Positions 63,989-64,000 of a DNA stretch of 64,000 bases are shown here, one piece after another. The first letter of the stretch is position 1; every line of letters starts with the position of its first letter. Origin of the DNA: Bacteriovoracia bacterium (GTDB lineage Bacteria > Bdellovibrionota > UBA1018 > CAIPTA01). The stretch covers positions 192,001 through 256,000 of the forward strand of contig JBFWVL010000001.1 of NCBI GenBank assembly GCA_050246755.1, given 5' to 3'. The notes beneath the pieces are model-generated. The model saw nothing but the letters and a program-made list of their open reading frames with translations, was not told the DNA's origin and made no database searches. A program made the translations under genes and the position numbers.

Positions 63989-64000
63989 AACTTAGAGATC

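Overview
Core-genome segment of a ~55% GC bacterium. The gene content (TIGR02147/DUF4423 proteins, a CglF/GltG/beta-barrel/GltC gliding-type module, DUF507, many sigma28- and sigma54-type promoters) points to Bdellovibrionota; this is inference and should be confirmed with the 16S gene. It holds about 50 CDS: two-component systems, purine salvage, tyrS, nrdAB, murJ, coaD, rsmD, proteases and minor pilins. It also has tRNA-Asn followed by a 187-bp RtT-like tandem repeat, and a complete minus-strand rRNA operon (16S, tRNA-Ile, 23S, 5S). No integrase, transposase, prophage or CRISPR array was seen. Most interesting: (i) an unannotated, highly structured ~330-nt transcription unit behind a CusRS-like pair, with a 52-aa membrane peptide whose start codon is locked in its own hairpin; (ii) an intact but motif-eroded ribD-ribE pair joined to trxC; (iii) a 928-aa protein resembling a catalytically dead Type IIG R-M enzyme; (iv) a secreted protein with 324 uncharged Gly/Met/Tyr/Pro repeat residues; (v) a long switch-like leader on nrdA; (vi) pervasive leaderless gene starts. 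All family calls come from motif recognition by eye, not database searches.
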